From: Blastocladiella emersonii ATCC 22665
Lineage: Eukaryota > Fungi > Blastocladiomycota
Assembly: GCA_025594325.1 (NCBI GenBank)
Contig: JANHCV010000013.1
Span: forward strand, 1,302,001 to 1,366,000
Direction: 5' to 3'
Length of the DNA: 64,000 bases
The notes under the pieces were generated by a model. That model did no database searches. It was not told the DNA's origin and saw only the letters and a program-made list of their open reading frames with translations. A program made the position numbers and the translations under genes. Shown piece by piece: positions 33,267 to 43,523 of the stretch. Positions within the stretch are counted from its first letter, which is position 1; each line of letters begins with the position of its first letter.

Positions 33267-35919
33267 ATGAACGCGTCGCTTGACAGAAGTTCGCGGAGCC
33301 AAAGTGCCTTCAACTCGTCGGACCTGCCGTCGAACGGCACGTACGCGATCACGGACCACGAGACGGAGCGCGCGCGCTACTGGCTGCCGTGCGTCGACTT
33401 CCCGACGGTGCGCCCGCGCCTGACGTTCCGCCTGACGGCGCCCGCCGACTTCGAGACGGTCGCCAACGGCGCCCTTGTCTCGTCGACCCCCAACGCCGAG
33501 GACGCCTCGCTCAAGACGACCGTGTGGGACCTGGACTTCCCGTGCCCGTCGTACCTGCTGTTCCTCGCCGTGGGCGACTTCAAGACCATCGACGACCGCC
33601 CGGCCGTGACCGCGCTCGGCGAGGTGCCCATCAAGTACTATGCGCCCAAGAACTTTGCCATTGAGGACGTCAAGCGCGGCCTGGACTCGACGCCGGCCAT
33701 GTACTCGTGGTTGTGCGCCAAAATTACGCCCATCCCGTGGCCAAAGTATCACCAAGTCATGTCTCCATTCATTGGTGGGGCCATGGAGAACATTTCTTCT
33801 GTTTCGTACGTGTTTTCCTGTTCTCCTGACCTATATGGGGCCCTGGAATCGTTGGGCGGGTCCTCGGAATCGTTGGGCGGAGCGTCGTGCCGCGACCGAC
33901 TGGTCACTCACCCTCGTCACCTCGTTGTCCCTTGTAGCTGGGGCAGCTTCCTCGCCATGGACAAGACCCACGAGCGCGACAACAAGTTTGTCATGGACAC
34001 GATCAACATCCACGAGATGGCCCACTCGCTCTTCGTACGCGTCTCGCTCGAGTGGACCGCGTCGCGCGTCGCCGACCACTAACCCGCGCCCCCTCGCTTC
34101 CCCACTTGTACCCATCATCATTCTCGACATCCAGGGCGACATGGTACGCTCTCGCTTCTCCCAGAACACACCTGGAACCGCCGCCGACTTACGCACGCCC
34201 ACCCGAACCGCTCGCTAGACCGTCGTCCGCTTCTTCGAGCACGCCTGGCTCAAGGAGTCGTGGGCCACCTACATCGAGTCGGTCTGGGTCGAGGAGCACG
34301 TCGGCGCCACGCCCGAGGAGATGCGCCAGCGTGCCCGCATGTACCGCTTCGACGACCAGGAGGCCTACATCCGCGAGACCCAGCGCTATCTCCGCCCCGT
34401 CGTTTGCCGCCAGTACGACCACTCGTGGAACATGTTCGACGGCCACCTGTACCCGGGCGGCGGCGCGCGCATCCACATGCTGCGCGGCCTGCTCGGCGAC
34501 GACGTGTTCTGGCCCGCCGTCGGCGAGTACGTGCGCCGGTTCACGGGCAAGACGGTCGAGACCGACGACTTCCGCAAGGTGCTCGAGGAGTTCTCGGGCC
34601 TCAACCTGACGCGCTTCTTCGACCAGTGGTTCTACTCCAAGGGCTTCCCCAAGTTCAAGGCCGAGTACGCCTACGACGAGGCCAAGGGCGTCGCGCACGT
34701 CACGCTCGAGCAGACCCAGGCCGACGCCGCCAAGGGCGTCCCGCTGTTCGCCATGGACGTGCCCGTCGAGTTTGCCACGGCCGACGGCGCCGTGCACCGC
34801 GCGGTCGCGTCGTTTGACGGCAACTCGGCCAAGGCCGTTGCTGCCGCCCACACCGGCACTGCTGCGGGTCCCGGCGGCAAGCCCGTGCGCGTCGAGGTCG
34901 ACCCCGACGGCTTCCAGCTGTTCGCCTTCGAAGGCGAGTTCAACCCGGGCCACGACGTGCTGCTCGCCACGGCCGCGGGTGCGCGCGACTGCGTCAACCG
35001 CGTCCGCGCGTACCGCACGCTGCTCAAGGACGCCGACTTTTACACGCTGCGCAAGGTGCGCCCGATCGCGCTCGCCGAGAAGATGCCCATGGTCCGCGCC
35101 AAGATCGCCATGGCGCTCGCCGGTCTGCGCCACGCGCCCGCCGTCGACCTGCTCGTCGATCTGGCGGCGCAGGAGACGGACGATGTCGCGCGCAAGCTCA
35201 TCTTCAACCGCCTCAACTTCAAGCACCCGGCCATCGCCAAGTTTGCGCACGCGACGCTCGCCGACCCCAAGGCCGACCTGACGTACGTGCAGCGCTCGGC
35301 GCTCATCACGGCGATCGCGGCGCAGCGCCGCCCCGAGGATTTCGCGCTCGTCGCCGCCTACGCCGCCGGCACGACCCCCGAGTTTACCGACTACAAGGAC
35401 TCGGTGCGCGCCATGTCGTACCACGACGTGGCCGCGTTCCGCACCGTCGAGGCGGCCGAGTTCCTGCTCGCGCAGCACGCCGCGGTCATGGGCGCCGACT
35501 TCCCGTTCTCGGTCAAGGCCAACCTCGTGCAGGCGCTCGCGTCGGCCGCCGCGTGGGTCCCCGAGCCGCTCGCGCGCACCATTGGCGAGGCGATCGCCGA
35601 GGTCCTGTACGACCCGCACTTCCGCGTGCGCGCGTCGGCCACGGCCGCCATCGCCAACCTGCCCTACGGCCTGCCCGCCCAGTTCGCGGGCGCCGCCGAC
35701 GCGGCCCTCGTGCTAGCCGCCGAGCAGGACAAGCCCGCGCTCAAGCGCACCATCACCCGCGCCCGCGGCAGTACTGGGAACAAGGTGCCCGAGGTGGCCG
35801 CCCTCACCAAGCGCGTCGAGGAGCTCGAGAAGAAGATCAAGGAGGTCGAGGGCAAGTGGCTCGCCAAGGACGACCTCGACAAGGTCCTCAAGGAGGCCGC
35901 CGAGAAGAAGTCCGAGTAG
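33267..35919 (+). CDS. N-terminally truncated chimeric copy of the M1 aminopeptidase
   Basis: Identity to the left copy starts at 33326 (PSNGTYAITDHE). An in-frame ATG at 33267 in island DNA adds MNASLDRSSRSQSAFNSSDL. Introns, GAMEN and HEXXH-x18-E are all retained. Confidence 0.7.
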
Positions 35920-38900
35920 ATCTGTAGACGATCGTTTGATGTGGGGATGAATGTAGCGAGGTTGTAGTCGTCCTGGTGTCGTGCTTGAGAAGTTGATGGT
36001 CGCGAGAGCTAGAGACTTCGTCGTGTGCAACCCGAGCTGCGCACGAGATGTCAAGGGCAGCGGATGGTGAGCGACGCGACCTCGCATGAGCGGCACGTCG
36101 AAAGTCTGTGGGCGACCGCCGCGAGCCAGCGACCTGCTCGCTGCTCGCTGCTCGCTGCTCGCGTCAGAGCGCCAGAGTCCTTGTCGGTGGCGGTGGCCGC
36201 CGCGTGGCAGGCAGCGGGGCACGGGCGGAGGAGTATAAAGGGCGCCTCGTCGCCGCGCGCGGTCCTCGCTCTCTCGCCTGATCATGACCCGCTATATTAC
36301 CTCACCACTCCATGAAACGCATCCATGTATACCACATCAACACGTCGCACACGCCGCGGCGGTACCATGCGCCCATGACCCATGCATGACCCTAGACGCT
36401 TGTTGCCGCCGGCGAGCGCGCCACCGCTCAAACGACTCGCCATCGTGTCCCCGCGCGCATCGCCCCCTCGCCGACCGCACCCTGCACTTTCTCTCCTACG
36501 GTGTCAGACTGCAGCGTGAGCCGTGGTGGTGATGTCCGCGCTCGCTCGCTCCCTCGCTGCGGCCGTTGTGCTGGAGCGGCTGCGGTCGGTGGCATGGCCG
36601 TCCCGCGCGCACGCGACACTCTGCCCGCTGCCGCTGCCCCGCGTGTGCTGGCACACGCCAGCTGCACACCCGTTGTAAGCCGCCGCCGCCGCCCCTTGGG
36701 TCGTTGCCACCCGAAGCAGCGCCAGCAGCAGCACGCTTGGCTCGGTCGCTCGCGAGCCACCGTGTTCCTCGACCGCTTGCTACTGCTTTGCCGTCTGGCT
36801 GAAGCAGCGCTTTCGCTCTCGCGCTCAGGTGCGCGCCTTCAACCCGTCGCCGTCCACGCTCACTCAACCTTGCTGCGTCCAAACATGCTCCCCGCTACCC
36901 GGCGAGAGCGTCGCCGTCCTCGAGCGCCGCTGCGTGCCGCGGCTCATCCCGGCAGCCGGCCCCGCTTCTACTTTATGCTGCCGTCGTCGCGTCGGGCCAG
37001 GTCCCTCTTGGACGCGTGCCAGCATCGGCAACCCTTTTCCGCGCGGCGCGGCTCGGCGCGAATCTCGCGTACTTGGTGGCGCCCAAGCCGCGATGCTTCG
37101 TGCCGGCCACATCGCCGTCCTCCTCGGAGCTCATGTCCTCGCGCGACAGCAGGTCGACGCCAAACAGCGCCAACGGTTCCTTTGCCGCGGGCCGCCGCCC
37201 CGCTTCTTGGCGATGCGTGGCGATGCGCGTGAGGTCGGCCGACCGCAGGACACGAGTCGGGTGGGGATCTTCGTTCTCGTCAACCAGCTCGGCGGCGGTC
37301 GGCATGCCGAACTTCCGAACTTGCGCGCGCGCCGTCGCGGGGCGCGATCGCGGGCGACGACAGGTTGGACGACGACAGGTTGGGCGCGCGCCGGACGGGA
37401 ACATCAAACGGACGCAACGGGTTAGCTTAGCTCGCGGACGGCGAGCTCATGAACGTCGGGCAACCCGCCGCTCGTTCCTCCCGCGTACGAGGCGGCGCAC
37501 ACACCTCCTCGCGCGCGCGCGCCTTGGAACGGCCACCGCCGCCACTACAGCGCCCGTGTCTCGCGCGTCGCCGCCGCGTCGACCACACGCAGGTCCAGGA
37601 CCCGGCGGTCGGCCATGTTGCTTGCTGCTTCTTCGCCTTGGTCGTCGACCCGGCGGCCATGTTGCCGCGCTTTGCCTTGGTCGTCGACCCGGCCGGCGGT
37701 CATGATGCTGATTAGCGGCGATCGTGATCGTGATCGTGGGCAAAGGATGGCGAGCGAAGCCAGTGGACGCGGTCGCGGGCCCGAGCAGTGGGAGCAGAGT
37801 GTCGCCCGGCCCGGTGGCCAACCCAGTGAGCGAGCGAGGTGGAGCTCGAATACGTGAACTAACCACCCCCGATGCATGCAGGGCCGTCAAACGACGCCGT
37901 AAAATTATGCTCACTAGTCTAAAATATCTCATGATATATCAGAAGATTACGTGCAAAGTTTGAGCCAGATCCGAGACAGGTCGGGAGCTGCCAGATTGAG
38001 CGTTACGTGCTTGAATTGCCCACCCGCGCCGCGAGCTCGTCGCGACGGCCGCGAGTGAAAAACTTTTTCGCCTCGGCGCGCCCGAACACGATCTCAACAC
38101 CCCCATGCTTTGACTCGGGGATTTTTGCATTTCTGGGGTCCCTGATGGTCCCTGATCACGATTCAGTGATAAACAAGAATTATTGTTTTTGGGGGAATTC
38201 ATGTGTCTAAGTCGGCGGGCGGCGGGCGGCGGGCGGCGGGCTGGCTGGGCCGGGCGGCGGCCAGCGTCCCCCGCCGCGCCATCGTGGCCGCCACGCGCGC
38301 GAGCGCGCGCAAGTCCAGACAGGCGCCTTTCTGGCCCGAGCGTCGTAACAAAGGCGCCGCACATCATCATCACCACGCGTGCGTGCCTCCGCTCACTCGG
38401 TCTCGTCAGAGTGTCGGCAGGGGTGGCGGGGAGGGTAGTAGACCGCGCGCGAATTCGGCTCGCCGTCGGCACGCACGCACGCTCACCTCGCGCGTGTGTA
38501 CACGCTGAGCAACGGACGCATCCTAAGGCCTCGCTCGGGCCGCGCGGCGAAAGCGTGAATCAACGCGGTACGGCGGGTGCACGCGCACGTCAAGGGCGAC
38601 GATCCAAGGGGTTCCCGCCGCCGTGGCCGCCAGTTGAGCGAGGCGGCAGCATCCATGCTCTCGCGAAGCAGCAGGCCGCCCGCCAGCTGGGCTAGGCTAC
38701 GAAAGCGCGAGGTCATAAAGCAGCAGGTGCGAAAGGCGGCGATTGCGGCCGACGAGCAGCAGCGGACCCCGAAGCGCACCGAGCCGCGGTAGCCGCTCGC
38801 GGCGGCGTACCTCGCGCGCACCTCGCGCGCACACCAAACGCTGGCCCCGCTCGTGCGTGCGCGTGTGGCGACGACTCACCTGGCCCGCCATGAAGTTGCC

Positions 38901-40477
38901 GAGGCTGTGAGCACGTCCATGTAGGTCGGCTCGAACGGAGGTCGTGCGGCTCGGGAATGCATGCCAGCGGGGGACGAGCAGGTGGCTGGCGAGGACGACG
39001 AAGCGGTCACGGTGGTCGGGTGAGGTTCGGCAGTGCAGATCGGCGGCGTGGGGCGACAGGGGGACCGGAACGAGGCGAGCGAGCGAGGGACGCTGGCTAG
39101 CGGGGCCCGCCGCTGAAGCAAACGTTCGCGCGCGACTAACGTAGGGCACGGCAAGCGGAAGGCGGCGTTCCCGACAAGGACGACGGGGACGGACGAGCTG
39201 CATCTGCATAGCTGACGAAGCAGTCCGACTGACGCTCAGCTCAGTCATACAGTAGTAGCGGTACAGCAGATGCGGCTGGGCACCTCACGACGGCGCCGAT
39301 CCGCGTCAGGGCCTGTCCGGCGTGATGTTGCACCAAGTTATCACGTTGCATCGGCTTTCATGGTCATGGTGCATGGGGCGTCAGTCGGCGAAGAGAGAGA
39401 AGAAGAGGAAGGCTCGGGCCTCCTCACCTCTCCCTCCCGAAGCGCGCCCCGCGACGCGTCAGTCGCCGTCAGCTGACAAGGACGCGCAGCGCGGCGGCCA
39501 CGGCCATGGCCACCGTGTGGCGTGGCGCGGCCTCGGTCGGTCAGGCACCCCGCTCACCTCCATGTCCATGTGCACGTCAACAAGGCAAGGCACGACGTGG
39601 CACTGTAACTTGATGGAATCGCATGAACCTCGCCCGCAGCGTGCTCCGCGGGCTGCTCGCCCCATGGCATCGCTCTCGCGCTTGAGCGCTGCAGCAAGCA
39701 ACCTCCTTCTGTCGGCGTCAAACGGCAGCACAGCTGGTGGTCCTCTCCTCGTTCCGTATGCATGTGGCCGAGCGGGTGCTGTCGCATGCGCCGCGCTTGC
39801 CCGCCGCCGCCACCACCACCACTCCACGCTCTACGTGCCAACCAGCGCGTTTGCCCTCGCCCGCGAGCTCGACGGCCTTCGCACGCGCACGTCCGCGCCG
39901 TCGCCCCCAATCGTCGCCACTCCTCCCTCCGTGTGTAACCCAACGCGCGCGTCGCCCTGCTCTGCCCCACCGCGTCCCGACCTGACCTGCTGCCTCCGTC
40001 AGTCGCGCCGACCAACGTTTCCGCTCACGGTCGTGCACCGCTTCGAGTGTCGTTTGCGCGCCATCGCCCTTGACCACCGCCCGTCCCTCGACGCTGCGGA
40101 CCCTGCTTCGAATCAGCTCGCCCTGCCCTCCCCAACTCGGCGCACCTCGAGTCGAGTCGAGTCGTCGCTGCCGAGCTGGTGCCGAGCTGCTGCTCCTGCT
40201 CGCACACGCCCTCTTCTTCCCCCAAAGTTGGAACGACGGTCGGAGCTCGAGCGGCGCGCGCGCCATCTGCTGTCGCCGCCCCCGTCGCGGACTAGCAGCA
40301 GGCCCGTCGTCTCTCGCTACAGCTACCTCTCTCGGCTTGTACTTTATGTGTCCGCGGCTTCTGGCCCTCGTTTCTTCCTCGCGCGGCGCGCCCGCTGCAG
40401 CAGCGGCTGGGCGCACCGACGATCTCCGAGATTCTCGCTCGGCTCGGTGTGGGCCGCCCCCGAACGTGGCCGCCCTG
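33326..40477 (-). repeat. Inverted duplication 2, right arm
   Basis: Reverse complement of 22656-29807. Confidence 0.97.
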
Positions 40478-40843
40478 GGCGAGCGAGCGAGCGCGGCGCA
40501 GCGCAGCTGTGGGATCAACGTCGGTATGTCCGTGGACGCAGCCGGCCGGCCAGCTGAGCAACGAACGTCTCGGCCGTCACGCTGGCTGGTAAGCGTACGG
40601 GGCGGCGAAACGCCATCGAAACGGCCGCGCCGGGCGTGCGTGCTGCTGTGCCGCGCCCGCAGCCTTACGATGCCTTTCGATGCCTTCGCCCGAACCTGAC
40701 GCTTGGCCGCTCAAACGTTTCCGCGTCGTTGCATTCGCCGCTTGCGCGCGAGGGTGTGTGTGTTCGATCTCAGCTCGCGAGCCACGCCGGCGTCGAGCTT
40801 GTATTGTAGCTACGACGCTTTCTTATCATAGTATTCACATCTC

Positions 40844-42031
40844 GTGCGACCAGGCGAGCGGCACTGTCCATGCGATCTGGTACTTGGTACCTTACGACGA
40901 GCTCGCGCCCGCAACCTGGGTTTCGCTGTATGCGGCTCCTGCACTCCTTTCCCGCGACGCGTATCCCTTCGCGATGCCTGTGCGCATCAGTTAACGCGTC
41001 CGACTTCTCGGACTGGGCGCGAAAAACGACGACGCTGCTGTGGGTCCGTTTGCGACCATGACACGTGTACCGCTCGCCGATATGCGAGCCGGGTTTGTCC
41101 CGCATCGACGCCCCTTGACACCCTCATCGCCTGTGTAGCTTCTTGTGAACCAGCCTTTGGGGATCCCGCCACTTGGCCACAGTTCTGCAGCTTCGCTGTC
41201 GCCCTGAACGTTGACCTGCTCGCGTTAGTATCGGCTGCGCTTGCCGGCCATGTGTCTGATCTTCTCATCGAGTATTTGAGCAGCCCTCAGTCGCCTGTCG
41301 ACCCTTACTTGGTCTGTGTGATCGTTCTGGTGCGAGTGTTCGCAGGGCTCCTTCAGCCAATTATGGAGCACAAGTTCATGTGGCTCCTTCTTTCGCACTC
41401 GTGGGACGATGTTGGTTTTGGGCGCGCGCTCGACTTCTTTGACCAAGAATGTTCTCGCCTTTCAGCAGATGACCCCAATCTCGACCCGCAGATCCTGGCG
41501 GGTTACTTCATAGGCGCAGCCGCCAACGAACGCGCCCTGACTTTGACGCAGCAAGCTCAGCCATTCAATGCGGGCCGACTCGCCGACCTACTCGCGGCGC
41601 TCGTTGAGCGGTACCCCGGCACAGCGATCTCTGGTGACCAAGCTCCAAAGATCTTGACCTGGTTAAGCCCTCTTCTTGATGGTCGATCTCTTCCGACCCC
41701 GTCCGAGCACCAGTTTTTCACCACCTTGCTGTCTCACGATCCGGCTTATGTTGTCAGCTTTCTGATCATGGATTGGTCGAGCGAGCTACCGCACTGGATC
41801 TGGGAGGCTGTCGCCGACCACGAGTTTGCCCGCGCTGTGCTTTTCGAGAACCTCAACTATCGCATGGGCTCGATCCGGGACACGCTTCGCTTGCTCGTGC
41901 ATCGCAATGACCTAGCGCGGGCGCGGGCGGTCCTTCGCGCGGTTCCTCAGCTGCTTGATGACATGGATCTTTGCGAGTCGATTTCTCACATGGAGGGCAT
42001 CGATCTCGCGAGCCTTCGTCCCAATCCATGA
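40844..42031 (+). CDS. Orphan helical protein, 5' end uncertain or disrupted
   Basis: 395-codon open frame (GTG start in the track) in lower-GC DNA (41341-41400 is 32/60 GC). Protein-like from about DTLIACVASCEP onward. Protein-like fragments in other frames at 40680-41061 suggest frameshifts or introns upstream. Confidence 0.5.
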   Translation: MRPGERHCPCDLVLGTLRRARARNLGFAVCGSCTPFPRRVSLRDACAHQLTRPTSRTGREKRRRCCGSVCDHDTCTARRYASRVCPASTPLDTLIACVASCEPAFGDPATWPQFCSFAVALNVDLLALVSAALAGHVSDLLIEYLSSPQSPVDPYLVCVIVLVRVFAGLLQPIMEHKFMWLLLSHSWDDVGFGRALDFFDQECSRLSADDPNLDPQILAGYFIGAAANERALTLTQQAQPFNAGRLADLLAALVERYPGTAISGDQAPKILTWLSPLLDGRSLPTPSEHQFFTTLLSHDPAYVVSFLIMDWSSELPHWIWEAVADHEFARAVLFENLNYRMGSIRDTLRLLVHRNDLARARAVLRAVPQLLDDMDLCESISHMEGIDLASLRPNP

Positions 42032-42123
42032 ACTCAGTGGCCTCGTTCAAAAACACGTCGTCATTTCCGTGTTTCTTCAGGGGGAAGGAGTAATATATTT
42101 GATTTGAGCGACCTAGGAGAGTG

Positions 42124-43353
42124 TCACGATTGAGAACCAAGACCCGACTCGCGCCACCATCGAGCAACCTGGCCGAATCCGAGCTTCAGTGCGAGCTCCT
42201 GAGCATGACAGACATGGTCACGCCCAAGTGCGAGTGGGACCTCCGAGTTGAGCCACCACTGGAGCCGCGCGACAACGTCCGTTTCGTCGTCGGTGGCCTC
42301 GATCGTAAACCAGCCAAACGGGCACACGAACTCGTCGCGCGGGAGAGTCACAAGCAACCAGTCGAGGACCTGGATGCGGTTGAGCTTGCTCGCGTAGCCG
42401 ATCATGAATGACCAATATGGCCTCGAGTCCGTAGCTTCACGATCGCAGTTGTTGCCCTCGTCGACTGCGCTCTCGACCAAGTCGACGCCGTACGCCTCGG
42501 GCTCCCACGCAGGGTTGCTATGGCGGCGGAGGCACTCGTCGTCGCAGCGCCGGTAGATCCACGCCAACAAATCAAAGTCGGCGGGCTCCGAGCAGATCAC
42601 GGCGCGGACCAACGCGGTCCAGTCGATGGCTCCCATAAAAAAGGCGCCCGAGCGAGGCGAGCTTCGGAAGCATTCGAAAACCTGGACGCTCGGGCGCCGG
42701 AGGGCAAGCAACGTCAAGTCGTACAGATCCAACTCGGCGTAATCAAGATGAAGCTCGAGCAGGTACGGAAGAAGCTCGATATCCTGCTGCTCGACGGCGT
42801 TGTGGAGGACTGCAGCGGAGACCTTGATCACGGGAGTCGTTTTCCACCACTCGAGGACGCGGTAGTGGCGGTCGCGCGCCGCTCTGTCGACCGCGGCCTT
42901 GGTGCACCAGGACCCAGAAAAGTGCTCTTCAAGCCAGTGCAGGACGTCGGCGTGGCCACGGGCCGACGCCAGGTCCACGTAAAGCGGCGTGGTCACGCTT
43001 ATCTCGATCAAGGTGCTCAAGTCGCCCAGCAAGTCGGCGCGACCGGCCGCGCAAAGCAGGGCGCCGTAGAAAGTGGCCTGATCGACGTCCGCCTTGGGCA
43101 ACGGCCGGCGGTGCTCAATGAGCTGAGCCAAGACATGGTTCCCGCCGTGCAAGAGAAGTGTCCACATGCGTTCGTGAACCGAGCGAGCAAAGACAGTGCT
43201 GCGTAGGTCGGAAAGATCGGGGGCGACGCAAAGTAGCGGCAGTGGGTCGGCACCGCAAGGATCGTCCAGCACGACGCGGATGAGGATCTGCTCGATGAGT
43301 TTGATCTTTGGGAGTTGCATGGTGTGCTTCGGGCGCTGCATGGGAACCGGCAT
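42124..43353 (-). CDS. Divergent ankyrin-repeat-like protein with an F-box-like N-terminus (409 aa)
   Basis: ATG at 43353. Motifs QLPKIKLIEQILIRV, VDLASARGHADVLHWL, AVDRAARDRHYRVLEWWK, IGYASKLNRIQVLDWL and VARWWRESGL. Confidence 0.72.
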   Translation of the reverse strand: MPVPMQRPKHTMQLPKIKLIEQILIRVVLDDPCGADPLPLLCVAPDLSDLRSTVFARSVHERMWTLLLHGGNHVLAQLIEHRRPLPKADVDQATFYGALLCAAGRADLLGDLSTLIEISVTTPLYVDLASARGHADVLHWLEEHFSGSWCTKAAVDRAARDRHYRVLEWWKTTPVIKVSAAVLHNAVEQQDIELLPYLLELHLDYAELDLYDLTLLALRRPSVQVFECFRSSPRSGAFFMGAIDWTALVRAVICSEPADFDLLAWIYRRCDDECLRRHSNPAWEPEAYGVDLVESAVDEGNNCDREATDSRPYWSFMIGYASKLNRIQVLDWLLVTLPRDEFVCPFGWFTIEATDDETDVVARLQWWLNSEVPLALGRDHVCHAQELALKLGFGQVARWWRESGLGSQS

Positions 43354-43523
43354 AGTTTTGCGCGACAGAGGGAGGAAGCGATCACGAACGAGGGCCGGGG
43401 GACGCGTCTCTCATGCGCACGTGCGAAGCGACTTTCGGCCGCTTCTCCTGAGAGCTCAACGACGTCTCGAGGGAAGCCCTTACGAAGCATCACAAGTGGA
43501 TCAAACACGTTCTATTCGACTAA

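Noticed and set aside
33840-33885. ggaatcgttgggcgg duplicated within an aminopeptidase intron (mirrored near 29250-29290)
   Set aside because: A simple local slippage duplication in an intron with no evident function.
30700-43400. Endogenous giant virus, Starship, Crypton, Helitron or other autonomous element as the source of the islands
   Set aside because: No capsid, packaging ATPase, PolB, tyrosine recombinase, DDE transposase or Rep/helicase motif was recognised. CTAG and hairpin ends are not consistently placed. An element elsewhere acting in trans cannot be excluded.
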